A stretch of DNA of 64,000 nt, taken from contig JAJEHD010000018.1 of assembly GCA_022819505.1 (NCBI GenBank), positions 560,587-624,586 of the forward strand, written 5' to 3'. Below, piece after piece: positions 25,909-35,426 of the stretch (positions are counted from its first letter, which is position 1; every line of letters begins with the position of its first letter). The translations under genes were made by a program, and so were the position numbers. The stretch is from Acidimicrobiia bacterium (GTDB lineage Bacteria; Actinomycetota; Acidimicrobiia; Acidimicrobiales; Aldehydirespiratoraceae). The notes under the pieces are model-generated. The model worked only from the letters and a program-made list of their open reading frames with translations, was not told the DNA's origin and ran no database searches.

Positions 25909-26860
25909 GTCCTGGGCGACGATGGAGGACTTCGAGGCCTTCCTCGATGATGGCGGGCTGGTCGAGGCCGACGACCCCATGCCCGACGCGTACCGGCAGG
26001 CGGTGTTCGCCTTCATCGAGATGCACGCCAACAGCGAGCTCATGGGCGGGCTCACCGAGCGCGACTGGATTCCCAAGACCCCGGGCCTTCGCCACAAGAT
26101 GGCGGTCCTGGCCAAGACCCAGGACGAGATCGGTCACGGCCACCTGCTGTACATGGTGGCCGCCGACCTGGGTGTCAAGACCCGAGTTGAGATGCTCGAG
26201 GACCTGTTCGCCGGCCGCAGCCGCTTCCACAACGTGTTCCACTACCGGGCCGTCACTTGGGGCGACCAGGTGGCGATCGCCTTCCTGGTGGATGCGGCCG
26301 CGCTCATCAGCCAGCAGGCCGTCTTCAAGAACTGCTCCTACGGCCCGTACAAGCGGATCCTGCGGCGCATCATCGCCGAGGAGGGGTTCCACATGCGCTT
26401 GGGCGAGGACCGCATGCTGCGCATCGCGGAGGGCACCGACCGCCAGCGCCTCATGTTCCAGGAGTCGCTCAACCGCTGGTTCTGGCCGGCGCTGCAGCTC
26501 TTCGGGCCCGACTCGGAGTCCGACGACGTGCTGTTGCGCTGGCACATCAAGTCCGAGCGCAACGAGGTGCTCCGCGATCGGTGGGTACAGAAGTTCGTGC
26601 CCATGCTGCAGAGCTACGGGTTCACGGTACCCGCGCCCGACATGCGTTGGGACGCCGTGAGGCATCGCTGGGACGTCGGGCCGATCGACTGGGAGCCGCT
26701 GAAGCGCACGCTGGCGCAGGGCGGCCCCGACTCGTCCCGCCGGATCCGCGAGGCCGCCGACAACTGGAGCCGCACCGCCTGGGTGCGAGCCGCCCTCTCC
26801 CACAACAATGTGGCGGCCAACGATGCCGGGAACGGCTCCACGAGCGCCGGCGGGTCCTGA
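25901..26860 (+). CDS. paaA: 1,2-phenylacetyl-CoA epoxidase, catalytic subunit A
   Basis: Di-iron ferritin-like motifs (..EMHANSELMGG.., ..QDEIGHGHLLY.., ..EEGFHMRLG..). 8-bp overlap with paaZ. Confidence 0.9.
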   Translation: MARSWATMEDFEAFLDDGGLVEADDPMPDAYRQAVFAFIEMHANSELMGGLTERDWIPKTPGLRHKMAVLAKTQDEIGHGHLLYMVAADLGVKTRVEMLEDLFAGRSRFHNVFHYRAVTWGDQVAIAFLVDAAALISQQAVFKNCSYGPYKRILRRIIAEEGFHMRLGEDRMLRIAEGTDRQRLMFQESLNRWFWPALQLFGPDSESDDVLLRWHIKSERNEVLRDRWVQKFVPMLQSYGFTVPAPDMRWDAVRHRWDVGPIDWEPLKRTLAQGGPDSSRRIREAADNWSRTAWVRAALSHNNVAANDAGNGSTSAGGS

Positions 26861-26862
26861 AC

Positions 26863-27138
26863 GTGCGCGTCTACGAGGTGTTCGTCAAGAAGGACGGACG
26901 CAACGAGTTCCGTCATGTCGGCGCGCTGGAGGCCGCCACCGACGAACTGGCGCTCGTGCTGGCCCGGGAGGCCTACCTGCGCCGGGCCGAGGGTGACAGG
27001 CTCTGGGTGGTGCGCCGAGACCATGTGGTCGCGGCCGCTGGTGACTTTGTGGACCCCAACGCCGACAAGCCGCACCGCCACCACGACGGCGCGGCGGTGG
27101 CTGCCCGTCGCATGGCCGCGCGTCAGTCGCCCGGTTGA
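26863..27138 (+). CDS. paaB: 1,2-phenylacetyl-CoA epoxidase, subunit B
   Basis: GTG start 3 nt after the paaA stop. VRVYEVFVKKDGRNEFRHVGALEA... matches the PaaB pattern. It is hidden inside a longer out-of-frame track ORF (26257-27138). Confidence 0.85.
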   Translation: MRVYEVFVKKDGRNEFRHVGALEAATDELALVLAREAYLRRAEGDRLWVVRRDHVVAAAGDFVDPNADKPHRHHDGAAVAARRMAARQSPG

Positions 27139-27148
27139 GGCGGCCGCC

Positions 27149-27910
27149 ATGAGCGAACCCCATGGCGTGCGGGAGTATCTGCTGGCCTTCGCCGACGACG
27201 AGCACCTGATGGGCCAGCAGCACACCGAGTGGATCGGCGTCGCCCCGTTCCTGGAGGAGGATCTGGCCGTCTCCAGCATCGGCCAGGACGAGCTCGGCCA
27301 CGCCGCGCTCCTCTATGAGTTGGTACTCGACCTGGAGGGGGTCGAAGCCACCGACCCGGCCCTGGACGTTCTCGCCTTCGGCCGTCCAAGTGACGACTAC
27401 CGGTGCTGCCATCTGGTGGAGTACACGACTCACGACTGGGCCGAGGCTCTGGTGCGCCACTGGATCTACGACACCTTCGAGGCGATGCGCTGGCAGTTGG
27501 TGGCTGGTTCGTCGCTGCCCAAGCTGGCGTCGGTCGCGCGCAAGGCACTCCAGGAGGAGGCGTTCCACCGCCGCCACGCCGATGCCCTGCTCGACAAGCT
27601 CCTGGACGCGCCGGAAGCACGTGAGCGGATCTTGGAGGCGCTTGGCGCGGTCTACCCGCTGGTCGAGGGACTGTGCGAGCCGGTCGAGGGCGAGGCCGGG
27701 GCCATGAGCACGGGCGTGGCCGCGGCGTCGACCGCGGACCTGCTCGAACCGCTCCATCAGGCCATCGAGGCGCGCTTCGACAGCTCGGACTCCATCGGCT
27801 CGCGAACCGCGAGCCTCCAGAATCGGCGAACGAAGAGGTCGGCGGACTTCGATCCGCTCCTGCGGCGCATGCGCGAGGTACTTGACTACGACCCCGGGGC
27901 CGTCTGGTGA
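27149..27910 (+). CDS. paaC: 1,2-phenylacetyl-CoA epoxidase, subunit C
   Basis: MSEPHGVREYLLAFADDEHLMGQQHTEWIGVAPFLEEDLAVSSIGQDELGHA is the PaaC ferritin-like pattern. Trimmed from track ORF 26915-27910. Confidence 0.85.
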   Translation: MSEPHGVREYLLAFADDEHLMGQQHTEWIGVAPFLEEDLAVSSIGQDELGHAALLYELVLDLEGVEATDPALDVLAFGRPSDDYRCCHLVEYTTHDWAEALVRHWIYDTFEAMRWQLVAGSSLPKLASVARKALQEEAFHRRHADALLDKLLDAPEARERILEALGAVYPLVEGLCEPVEGEAGAMSTGVAAASTADLLEPLHQAIEARFDSSDSIGSRTASLQNRRTKRSADFDPLLRRMREVLDYDPGAVW

Positions 27911-28827
27911 GCGACGGGCAGCCCGGGAGCGACCCCAAGGAGCGAGGCATTGCGGCCACGGTGCGCCGGACCTGCGAGCGGTCCGACATCTCCGCGAGGT
28001 CGGTGCTGGTGACGGTGCTCGGCGACTCCGTACTCCCGGTGACCAAGACGTTGTGGCTCTCCAGCCTGTTCGAGCTGGCTTCACCCTTCGGGTTCAGCGA
28101 GCGCCTCGTGCGCACGTCGATGTACCGGCTTGTGTCCGAGGGCTGGGTGTCCAACGAGCGAGTCGGTCGCCGCAGCCGCTACTCGCTGACCCTGCTGGCC
28201 GTGAGCGAGTCCGAGAATGCCGGTCGCAGGATCTACACCCGAGACCCGGCCCGGTGGGATGGCTCCTGGGCCTTTGCCGTGCTTGACGGGGCGCAGATGC
28301 AGGCACACGAGCGCGAGAGGATCGCCCGGCATCTGCGCTGGCACGGGTTCGTGGCCTTGGGCCGGGGACTGCTGGCCTCGCCGTCGGTGACGGTGCCGAG
28401 CCTGCGCGAGCTGCTGCGCCTTGTGGAGCCGGCCGCGGCAGTGCCGATCGGGCGGGCCGAGTTCGACGATCTCGACCGCCTGGTCGGGGAGGGCTTCTTT
28501 GCTGAAGCGTTCCGCGTCGATGACATCGAGAACGAGTACCGGGACTTCCTGGCCCGCTACGAGCCCTGGCAGAGTCACGATCTGAACGGGACGGCTCCGC
28601 TCGAGGCCTACGGGCTGCGCACAATGCTGGTGCACGAGTTCCGCCGGATCCGCCTGAGGGAACCCGACATGCCGGCGGAGCTCCTGCCGTCGGACTGGAT
28701 CGGCGACCGCGCCTTCGATGTCGCGGCCGACCTTTACCGCCGGCTCAGCCCGCCCGCAGCCCGAGCCCTGGGCGAGATCCTCGAGGTCGACTACCCCACC
28801 ACAATGCCCCGCCGCTTCGTGACCTGA
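27907..28827 (+). CDS. paaX: Phenylacetic acid degradation operon repressor PaaX
   Basis: ..SARSVLVTVLGDSVLP..LFELASPFGFSERLVRTSMYRLVSEGWV..RRSRYSLT.. is the PaaX winged-helix region. GTGA overlap with paaC. Confidence 0.85.
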   Translation: MSDGQPGSDPKERGIAATVRRTCERSDISARSVLVTVLGDSVLPVTKTLWLSSLFELASPFGFSERLVRTSMYRLVSEGWVSNERVGRRSRYSLTLLAVSESENAGRRIYTRDPARWDGSWAFAVLDGAQMQAHERERIARHLRWHGFVALGRGLLASPSVTVPSLRELLRLVEPAAAVPIGRAEFDDLDRLVGEGFFAEAFRVDDIENEYRDFLARYEPWQSHDLNGTAPLEAYGLRTMLVHEFRRIRLREPDMPAELLPSDWIGDRAFDVAADLYRRLSPPAARALGEILEVDYPTTMPRRFVT

Positions 28828-28853
28828 TCGCCGGGCGCGGCCGCCCGAACCGA

Positions 28854-31160
28854 TCAGGGCCGGCGCTCTGTCAGTTCGCCCTCGACCCGCAGGTTGGGGA
28901 TGATGCGGTCGAGCCAGCGGGGCAGCCACCAGTTGCGGGCGCCGAGCAGCTCCATGGTGGAGGGCACGATCAGCATCCTCACCAGGGTGGCGTCGATGGC
29001 GATGGCGGTGGCCAGGCCGAGGCCGAAGAGCTTGACCGGCCTGCTGTCCTCCAGCACGAAGCTGCCGAACACGACGACCATGATGGCCGCGGCCGCGGTG
29101 ATCACGCGGGCGGTGGCGGCCAGGCCGTCGGCCACGGAGTTGACCGCGTCGCCGGTGCGCTCGTACTCCTCCTTCATGCGCGACAGCAGGAACACCTCGT
29201 AGTCCATCGACAGACCGAACAGGATCGCGAACAGCATCATCGGCACGAACGGTTCGATCGGTGCCGGCTCGACTCCGGTGATGCCGCCCAGCCATCCCCA
29301 CTGGAAGACGGCCACGACCACCCCGTAGGCCGCCCCGATCGACAGCATGTTCATGATCACCGCCTTGAGCGGCACCACCAGCGAACGGAACACCGCCATC
29401 AGCAGCAGGAATGACGCGCCCAGCACTGCCGCGAAGAAGACGGGGATGCGGCCGGCCAGATAGTCGCTGATGTCGATGTTGAAGGCCACCTGGCCCGCGA
29501 CCAGCGGGTCGAGGCGGACGCCGTCGAGAGCCAGAGGGACGACGTCGCCCCGGATCCGATGCACCAGGTCCTCGGTGGCCGCATCCTGGGGGCCGGTGGT
29601 GGGCTGGAGCCGGATGACCGCGGCCCGTCCGTCGGGGCTCGGTACCGCAGGCGACGCGAAGGTGACGCCGTCGGTGCGGTTCAACGCGTCCGACAGGTCG
29701 TTGAGGGTCGCCAGATCCTGCGGGCCCGACACCGTGGCCACCACCAGCAGCGGGCCGTTCGCCCCCGGCCCGAAGCCCTCCGAGATCAGGTCGTAGGCCC
29801 TGCGGGTGGTGGTCTCCTCCGCGAAGTTGCCCTCGTCGGAGAACCCCAGACGAAGGCCGAGCACCGGCGCGGCCAGCACCAGCAGCACCACGGTGCCGCC
29901 CACCGCGAACAGCCACGGCCGGGACTGGACCATCCGGCTGAGCCGGTACCAGCCGGTCTCGCGCCGCGGCTTGGGCTCACGGTGACGCACCACTCGTCTC
30001 AGCGGGTTGGAGGGGGTCTTGAACGCGCCCGCCACCAGCACGACCACGGCCAGGGGCACGCCCACCAGCAGCAGCCTGAAGCCGGTGCCGAAGCCGAGCA
30101 GGGCAACCGCGACCAGCGCAGAGGCCGCCACGCCCCGGAAGCGGGTCGTGGTTATCCGGTCACCGAGCAGGCCGATCACGGCAGGCAGAAGCGTCACCGA
30201 CCCGGCCATCACGACAGCCACGGTGATGGCCGCAGCCAGCCCCAGCCCGGCCACGAACGGCAGGCCGATGAGCAACAGACCCAGAAGCGACACCACCACA
30301 GTGGCACCCGCGAAGATCACTGCCCGGCCGGCCGAGTCGAGCGCGGCCGCAGCGGCCTCCTCCGCGCTCAAGCCGTCGCTGACCCACTCCCGGTAACGGG
30401 TGATTATGAACAGTGCGTAGTCGATGCCCACACCGATGCCGATCATGATGCCGATAGTCGGGGCGAACTCGGGAACGGTCGCCACGTTGCTCAGCAGCAC
30501 GACTCCGGCCGCGCCGACGCCCACACCGATGAGGGCCGTTCCGACGGTCATGCCCATGGCCACCACCGAGCCCACCGCCAGGATCAGCACGAACACCGCG
30601 AAAGCGAGCCCGATGGCCTCGGACTCGGGCGGCTCCCGGTCGGACAGCCAGGCCCCGCCTACCTCCACCTGAACGCCGTCCATCGAGCGCACCCCGACCT
30701 CATCGATGAGGCGTCCGATCTCAAGTCCGATCTCCTCCGCCTCGAAGGCGGAGGTGTCGGCCCCGGTGTCGACGTCGGCGTAGGCGATGAGGCCGGCTTC
30801 AGGGCCTTGAGCCGCTATGCGGCGACCCCCATCAGGGGCGTAGGGCGATCCGACGGTGACGCCCTCGATGGCCTCGACCCGCTCGAACAGCTCGGTCATG
30901 GAGGCCCGCACGGCCGGGTCGTCCACTCCCTGCTCGGCCCTGAAGACGATCCGGCCGCTGATCACCGCGCCGATACGGCCGAAGTGCGCGTCGAGGATGT
31001 CGGCGCCCAGGCTGCTCTCGGCGTCGGGCGCGGCCGGCGTGCCGCCGTACGCCGCGCCCACACCTCCCGAGGCCCCGGCAATTGTCACGATGATCAGCAG
31101 CCAGGCGATCAGAACCCGCCACGGATGCCGGTAGCACCACCGACCGAGAGAGGAGTACAC
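28854..31160 (-). CDS. MMPL-family (RND-superfamily) membrane transporter
   Basis: 768 aa with two blocks of about six TM helices, each followed by an extracytoplasmic domain, as in typical MMPL proteins. Confidence 0.85.
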   Translation of the reverse strand: MYSSLGRWCYRHPWRVLIAWLLIIVTIAGASGGVGAAYGGTPAAPDAESSLGADILDAHFGRIGAVISGRIVFRAEQGVDDPAVRASMTELFERVEAIEGVTVGSPYAPDGGRRIAAQGPEAGLIAYADVDTGADTSAFEAEEIGLEIGRLIDEVGVRSMDGVQVEVGGAWLSDREPPESEAIGLAFAVFVLILAVGSVVAMGMTVGTALIGVGVGAAGVVLLSNVATVPEFAPTIGIMIGIGVGIDYALFIITRYREWVSDGLSAEEAAAAALDSAGRAVIFAGATVVVSLLGLLLIGLPFVAGLGLAAAITVAVVMAGSVTLLPAVIGLLGDRITTTRFRGVAASALVAVALLGFGTGFRLLLVGVPLAVVVLVAGAFKTPSNPLRRVVRHREPKPRRETGWYRLSRMVQSRPWLFAVGGTVVLLVLAAPVLGLRLGFSDEGNFAEETTTRRAYDLISEGFGPGANGPLLVVATVSGPQDLATLNDLSDALNRTDGVTFASPAVPSPDGRAAVIRLQPTTGPQDAATEDLVHRIRGDVVPLALDGVRLDPLVAGQVAFNIDISDYLAGRIPVFFAAVLGASFLLLMAVFRSLVVPLKAVIMNMLSIGAAYGVVVAVFQWGWLGGITGVEPAPIEPFVPMMLFAILFGLSMDYEVFLLSRMKEEYERTGDAVNSVADGLAATARVITAAAAIMVVVFGSFVLEDSRPVKLFGLGLATAIAIDATLVRMLIVPSTMELLGARNWWLPRWLDRIIPNLRVEGELTERRP

Positions 31161-31215
31161 AGCAGAGGCCTTCCGCCCAGCAGGCTATTGGCCCGGCAGT
31201 AGTGTGGGCGCGGCG

Positions 31216-31249
31216 GGGCCGGCGACGGCCCGAACGCCGCCGCCGGCCC
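31216..31249. terminator. GC-rich hairpin between the binding-protein gene and the MMPL gene (candidate terminator)
   Basis: GGGCCGGCG...CGCCGGCCC, a 9-bp stem extendable with one mismatch. No U tract. Confidence 0.35.
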
Positions 31250-31277
31250 GAAGCCGGATTGTGCGGCTAGCTAGTGG

Positions 31278-32726
31278 CTACTCGCCGCCGGGGAGCAGCG
31301 TGACGGGTACACGCTGCCAGTTGTTGCCGATCACGTCGACGCCCGCGTTGCGCAGGTTTGTGACCGCCTCCCAGGCGATCTCCGGGCGGTAGGCGTCGTC
31401 GTCGGGGGCCGAGGCGAGGATTCCTTCGCTGGTGGCCACTGCGACGGTCTGGTCCCACAGGTCCGTGTCCATCACGCCCACGCCCTGCGGCGACGGCCAG
31501 ATCAGGGCGTTGATCTCGTTGAGCTGCCAGGTCTGGTGCGACCGGCCCAGAGTGGGCGCGTTGTCGAGCACGATGTCCACGCACTCCTCGGGATTGTCGC
31601 GGCAGTAGATCCAGCCCATCAGCGATGCCTCCACGAACTTGACCGCCGTCTCGTGGTAGGCGGGGTCGTCGTCGAGGCGGTCGGCGTCGGCCCACAGGGC
31701 GTCCTGGAGCATGGCCGTGCCCACGTCGTTCCAGTTGATGATGTTCAGGTCCTCCGGCTGGTAGAGCTCGCCGGTGTCGGGGTTGACCGTCTCGAGCACC
31801 TGGGCGTACTCGTTGTAGATCATCGCCTGGGCGGCGTCGATCTCGCCGCTGATCAGGGCCAGCATGTCGAAGTTCTGCTGCACCAGCTGGACGTCGCTGG
31901 CCGGGTCGAGCCCGTTCCTGCGCAGCCCGGCCAGCAGCTCGAACTCGTTGCCGAATCCCCAGTTGCCCACCGTTCGGCCCTCCAGGTCGGCGACCGTGGA
32001 GATGCCGGTGTCGGCGAAGGCCACCTGCAGGGTGGCGCTGCGCTGGAACACCTGGGCGATATTGGTGATGTTGGCGCCTTCCTCTCGTGGCACGAGGCCC
32101 CGAGGCACCCACGACACCGCGAAGTCGGCCGCACCGGAGTCGAGCACCGAAGCGGGCACGATCTCCACGCCGCCCTCGAGGATCTCCACGTTCAGTCCGT
32201 AGTCCTCGTAGATGCCGGTGGCCACGGCCGCGTAGTAGCCCGCGAACTGGGACTGGGTGAACCACTGCAACTGCAGGGTGACGTCGGTCACCGTCTCGGG
32301 CTCCGGCTCAGGTTCGGCCATGGCCGCCTCCATGGCTGCTTCAGCCTCGGCCGCGGCCGCTTCCGCTTCGGCCTGAGCGGCCGCGGCCGCGTCGGCGTCT
32401 GCTTGGGCCGCATCCCGTTCCGCTTCGAGCGCGGCGACAACCTCGGGGTCTACAGCTCCTTCGGCTTCGGCCATGGCAGCCTCAAGGGCCGCCTCGGCCT
32501 CGGCCGCCCTGGCTGCGGCCGCGTCGGCCTCGGCTGCGGCTTCGTCGGCCTGAGCCTGCGCGGCGGCCGCGTCGGCCTCGGCTGCGGCTGCGGCAGCCTC
32601 GGCTGCGGCCGCGTCCGCCGCGCTGGTGTCCGGGGCTGGCTCGTCGTCCTCGCCGCAGGCCGCGGCGATCAGGCCTAGTGCCATCAATGGCACGAATAGA
32701 CGTACCAACGTGTTTCTTATTTTCAT
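31278..32726 (-). CDS. NMT1/THI5-type (TauA/SsuA-like) ABC substrate-binding lipoprotein with a long Ala/Glu/Asp-rich tether
   Basis: Lipobox LIAAAC. Low-complexity residues about 25-145. Then QLQWFTQSQFAGYYAA... binding domain. GGAGGG before the ATG. Confidence 0.8.
   Translation of the reverse strand: MKIRNTLVRLFVPLMALGLIAAACGEDDEPAPDTSAADAAAAEAAAAAAEADAAAAQAQADEAAAEADAAAARAAEAEAALEAAMAEAEGAVDPEVVAALEAERDAAQADADAAAAAQAEAEAAAAEAEAAMEAAMAEPEPEPETVTDVTLQLQWFTQSQFAGYYAAVATGIYEDYGLNVEILEGGVEIVPASVLDSGAADFAVSWVPRGLVPREEGANITNIAQVFQRSATLQVAFADTGISTVADLEGRTVGNWGFGNEFELLAGLRRNGLDPASDVQLVQQNFDMLALISGEIDAAQAMIYNEYAQVLETVNPDTGELYQPEDLNIINWNDVGTAMLQDALWADADRLDDDPAYHETAVKFVEASLMGWIYCRDNPEECVDIVLDNAPTLGRSHQTWQLNEINALIWPSPQGVGVMDTDLWDQTVAVATSEGILASAPDDDAYRPEIAWEAVTNLRNAGVDVIGNNWQRVPVTLLPGGE
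32292..32654 (-). repeat. Low-complexity coding repeat (Ala/Glu/Asp-rich linker) inside the binding-protein gene
   Basis: Degenerate GCC/GCG/GAG repeats. For example, ggccgcgtcggcctcggctgcggc occurs twice. Encodes AAAEAAAAAAEADAAAAQAQADEAAAEADAAAARAAEAEAALEAAMAEAE... Confidence 0.8.
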
Positions 32727-32819
32727 TGGGTTTCCCTCCTCAGTGGGCTTTCTCTTACGAGAATGAGTGCGAGCCTGCCAACCGGCCCCGGGTGGACGGC
32801 ACGGTGACGGGCCAAAGTG

Positions 32820-33602
32820 TCATGCGGATCTCCTGGCGGTGAAGTACCAGGGCATGACGAGGCGTTCGATCACGACCGCGAGCGCGTATAGACCGATCCC
32901 CACGAGCGAGCCGGCGAGCACCGCGGCCCAGGCGTCGTCGTAGCGGGTCAGTCCGGCCGAGTTGGTGATGAGGTTTCCGAGGGCGTCCTGGCGGCCGCCG
33001 AAATACTCGGCCACGATGGCCGCGATAACGGCCAGGGAGGTCGCCAGCTTCAGCGCGGTGAAGAAGAACGGCATGGCGTTGGGGATGCGCACCTCGCGCA
33101 TGATCCGCCACTTCCGGGCCCCGTAGGACTCCATCAGCTCGATCTGGCTGGGCTCCACCTGGGTCAGCCCGCGGGCCGTGTTGACGAAGACCGGGAAGAA
33201 CACCAGCACCACCACCACGGCTTGGTTGGATCGGGGCGAGAGGATCCCGAACCAGGCGTTGAAGATCGGCGCCAGCGCGATGATCGGCACTGCGTTTATG
33301 GCCACCGCTAGCGGGGTGAGCGTCTCGTTGGCGGCCCGGAAGGCGGTGACCAGCAGCGCGAACGCCGCCCCCACCACCACCCCGGCCAGAAGTCCGGTGA
33401 TGACGATGAAGCCGGTCACCCCGGTCGCGGTCACGATGGCGTCCCAGTTCTGGGCAACGGCGCCCCCGATCTCCGAGGGCGGCGGCAGCACGAAGCCGTC
33501 AGGTCGGATTATGGCCAGCAGGGCTTCCCAGCCGCCGAAGATGACCCCGGCGGCCACCACCGGCGGCAGCCAAGAGCGCAGCAGCGTCCTGGCCGCGGTC
33601 AC
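32820..33602 (-). CDS. ABC transporter permease (NitT/TauT family)
   Basis: Six-TM binding-protein-dependent permease pattern. 4-bp overlap with the ATPase gene. Confidence 0.85.
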   Translation of the reverse strand: MTAARTLLRSWLPPVVAAGVIFGGWEALLAIIRPDGFVLPPPSEIGGAVAQNWDAIVTATGVTGFIVITGLLAGVVVGAAFALLVTAFRAANETLTPLAVAINAVPIIALAPIFNAWFGILSPRSNQAVVVVLVFFPVFVNTARGLTQVEPSQIELMESYGARKWRIMREVRIPNAMPFFFTALKLATSLAVIAAIVAEYFGGRQDALGNLITNSAGLTRYDDAWAAVLAGSLVGIGLYALAVVIERLVMPWYFTARRSA

Positions 33603-34402
33603 GGTCGCTCACCTCCCCGCAGGGCGTTGCGGACCGTGGTCACGTTGGCGAAGAAGGCGGGGTCGTCGCGGGTCGCTTCGTTGCGCTCGCCCAGGTCGTT
33701 GTCCACGACGGCCGCGATCCTTCCCGGGCGGGGTGACATCACCACGACCTTGGTGGACAGGAACACCGCCTCGGGGATCGAGTGGGTCACGAACACCACC
33801 GTGATCTGGGTCTCGTTCCATATGCGCAGCAGCTCGTTCTGCATGTGCTCGCGGGTCATCTCGTCGAGCGCGCCGAACGGCTCGTCCATCAGCAGCAGCT
33901 TCGGATGAAAGGACATCGCCCGGGCGATGGCCACCCGCTGCTGCATCCCGCCCGACAGTTCGGCGGGATGGTGGCGGGCGAACTCGCCGAGCTTGACCAG
34001 CTCCAGCATCTCGGCCGAGCGCCGGCGGCGGTCGGCCGCCTTCCAGCCCATCAGCTCCAGCGGCAGCTCGATGTTGCGGGACACGTTGCGCCAGTCGAAC
34101 AGGCCGGCTCGCTGGAACACCATCGAGTAGTCCCGGTCGAGGCGGGCGGCGTCCGCGGTCTTGCCGTTCACCAGCACGGTCCCCTCAGTGGTGTCGATGA
34201 GCGCCGCGATGAGCCGCAGCAGCGTGCTCTTGCCGCAGCCCGAAGGGCCGATGAGGGTGACGAAGTCGCCCTGGCCGATGTCGAGGTCGATGTCCGCGAC
34301 GGCCTTGACCTCGTTGTGCCGTCCGGGGTTGAAGATCTTGGACCCGCCCCGGATCTCAACGGCCAGGGGGTGAGAATCCACGGCGCCTCCCGTGCCGGTC
34401 AT
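33599..34402 (-). CDS. ABC transporter ATP-binding protein (NitT/TauT family)
   Basis: GPSGCGKST Walker A, LSGGMQQRVAIARA signature, LLLMDEPFGALD Walker B. Trimmed from track ORF 33599-34828 to the ATG at 34402. Confidence 0.9.
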   Translation of the reverse strand: MTGTGGAVDSHPLAVEIRGGSKIFNPGRHNEVKAVADIDLDIGQGDFVTLIGPSGCGKSTLLRLIAALIDTTEGTVLVNGKTADAARLDRDYSMVFQRAGLFDWRNVSRNIELPLELMGWKAADRRRRSAEMLELVKLGEFARHHPAELSGGMQQRVAIARAMSFHPKLLLMDEPFGALDEMTREHMQNELLRIWNETQITVVFVTHSIPEAVFLSTKVVVMSPRPGRIAAVVDNDLGERNEATRDDPAFFANVTTVRNALRGGERP

Positions 34403-35418
34403 GTGACGGTCTCCCGACCCTTGCGACCGACCAGCGCGTACTCGATGGAGGAGATGGCCGCGAACACGAAGATCCCGAGGACGGCCGCGCCGAGCACGGC
34501 GATGTAGAGACGCTCGGGGCCGGTGGTGTAACGCTGGGCCTCCAGCAGCACCCGACGGCCGAGTCCGCCCTTCACCCCAGCGGAGATCTCGCCCACGATG
34601 GCCCCCACCACGCTGGCGGTCGCCGCGATCTTGAACGCCGCGAACAGGTACGGCAGCGAAGCCGGGAGCCGCAACCGCCACAGGGTCTGGCCCCAGCGGG
34701 CCGCGTAGGAGTCCATCAGCTCGAGGTTCTCCGGCCGGGGGGACTGCAGACCTCGGAGGCCGTTGATGGTCACCGGGAAGAAGGTGAGGTAGGTGGCGAT
34801 GATCGACACCGACATCCAGTCCTGCCACTCGAAGGGCAGGAAGTCGAAGCTCTTTCGGCCCCAGATCACGATGATGGGCGCGATGGCGATCAGCGGGATG
34901 GTCTGGCTCGCGATCACATGGGGGACCAGGGCCCGCTCCAGGCGCCCCGACGTGGTGAGCACGATGGCGATGCCGAGGCCGACGATCACGCCGATGGCGA
35001 AGCCGACCGCCGCCTCCCGCAGGGTGAAGGCGGCCTCCTTGCCGACGATCGACCAGAAGGCTTCGTTGGTTCCCCTGGGCTCCTCGAAGATTCCCGTGAC
35101 GATGTCAAGCACCGGCGGCATCTTGAGGTCGTCGGATCCGGGCAGGATCGAGCCGATGATCGGCCAGCCGGACTGGCTGTCGTCGATGGCGCTGCCGACC
35201 ACCTTGTAGAGGCTGTACAGCAGGCCTAGAAGACATGCGAACAGGGCCAGTACGACGACCTGCCGGCCGGTTCTCATCATCCGGGTCCGTCGCTGCTCGC
35301 GGGCCGCCCGCTGGCGGATCAGTTGCTCGAAGACGATCGGGTCGTCGATGGGTGAAGCCGGGGCCCCGTCACCCGAATCAATGATGGCTTCAACAACAGG
35401 TCCAGACTCAGAGTTCAC
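34399..35418 (-). CDS. ABC transporter permease (NitT/TauT family, second subunit with N-terminal extension)
   Basis: Multi-span hydrophobic protein. ATGA overlap with the ATPase gene. Confidence 0.8.
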   Translation of the reverse strand: MNSESGPVVEAIIDSGDGAPASPIDDPIVFEQLIRQRAAREQRRTRMMRTGRQVVVLALFACLLGLLYSLYKVVGSAIDDSQSGWPIIGSILPGSDDLKMPPVLDIVTGIFEEPRGTNEAFWSIVGKEAAFTLREAAVGFAIGVIVGLGIAIVLTTSGRLERALVPHVIASQTIPLIAIAPIIVIWGRKSFDFLPFEWQDWMSVSIIATYLTFFPVTINGLRGLQSPRPENLELMDSYAARWGQTLWRLRLPASLPYLFAAFKIAATASVVGAIVGEISAGVKGGLGRRVLLEAQRYTTGPERLYIAVLGAAVLGIFVFAAISSIEYALVGRKGRETVT

Positions 35419-35426
35419 GGTGGGGG

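Noticed and set aside
24732-26660. 642-aa plus-strand ORF overlapping paaZ and paaA out of frame
   Set aside because: Composition is extremely rich in Arg, Pro and Gly. The paaZ and paaA frames carry clear family motifs and proper start/stop coupling.
28081-29916. 611-aa minus-strand ORF out of frame with the MMPL gene, plus the 531-aa ORF 59983-61578 out of frame with the sulfite reductase gene
   Set aside because: These are frame-shifted shadows of long genuine genes, with low-complexity Arg/Pro/Gly translations.
32292-32654. Repetitive GC-rich DNA that at first glance resembles a short-period repeat array
   Set aside because: There are no regular repeat-spacer units. The stretch lies in frame inside a lipoprotein gene and encodes an Ala/Glu-rich linker. 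It is not a CRISPR array or a satellite.
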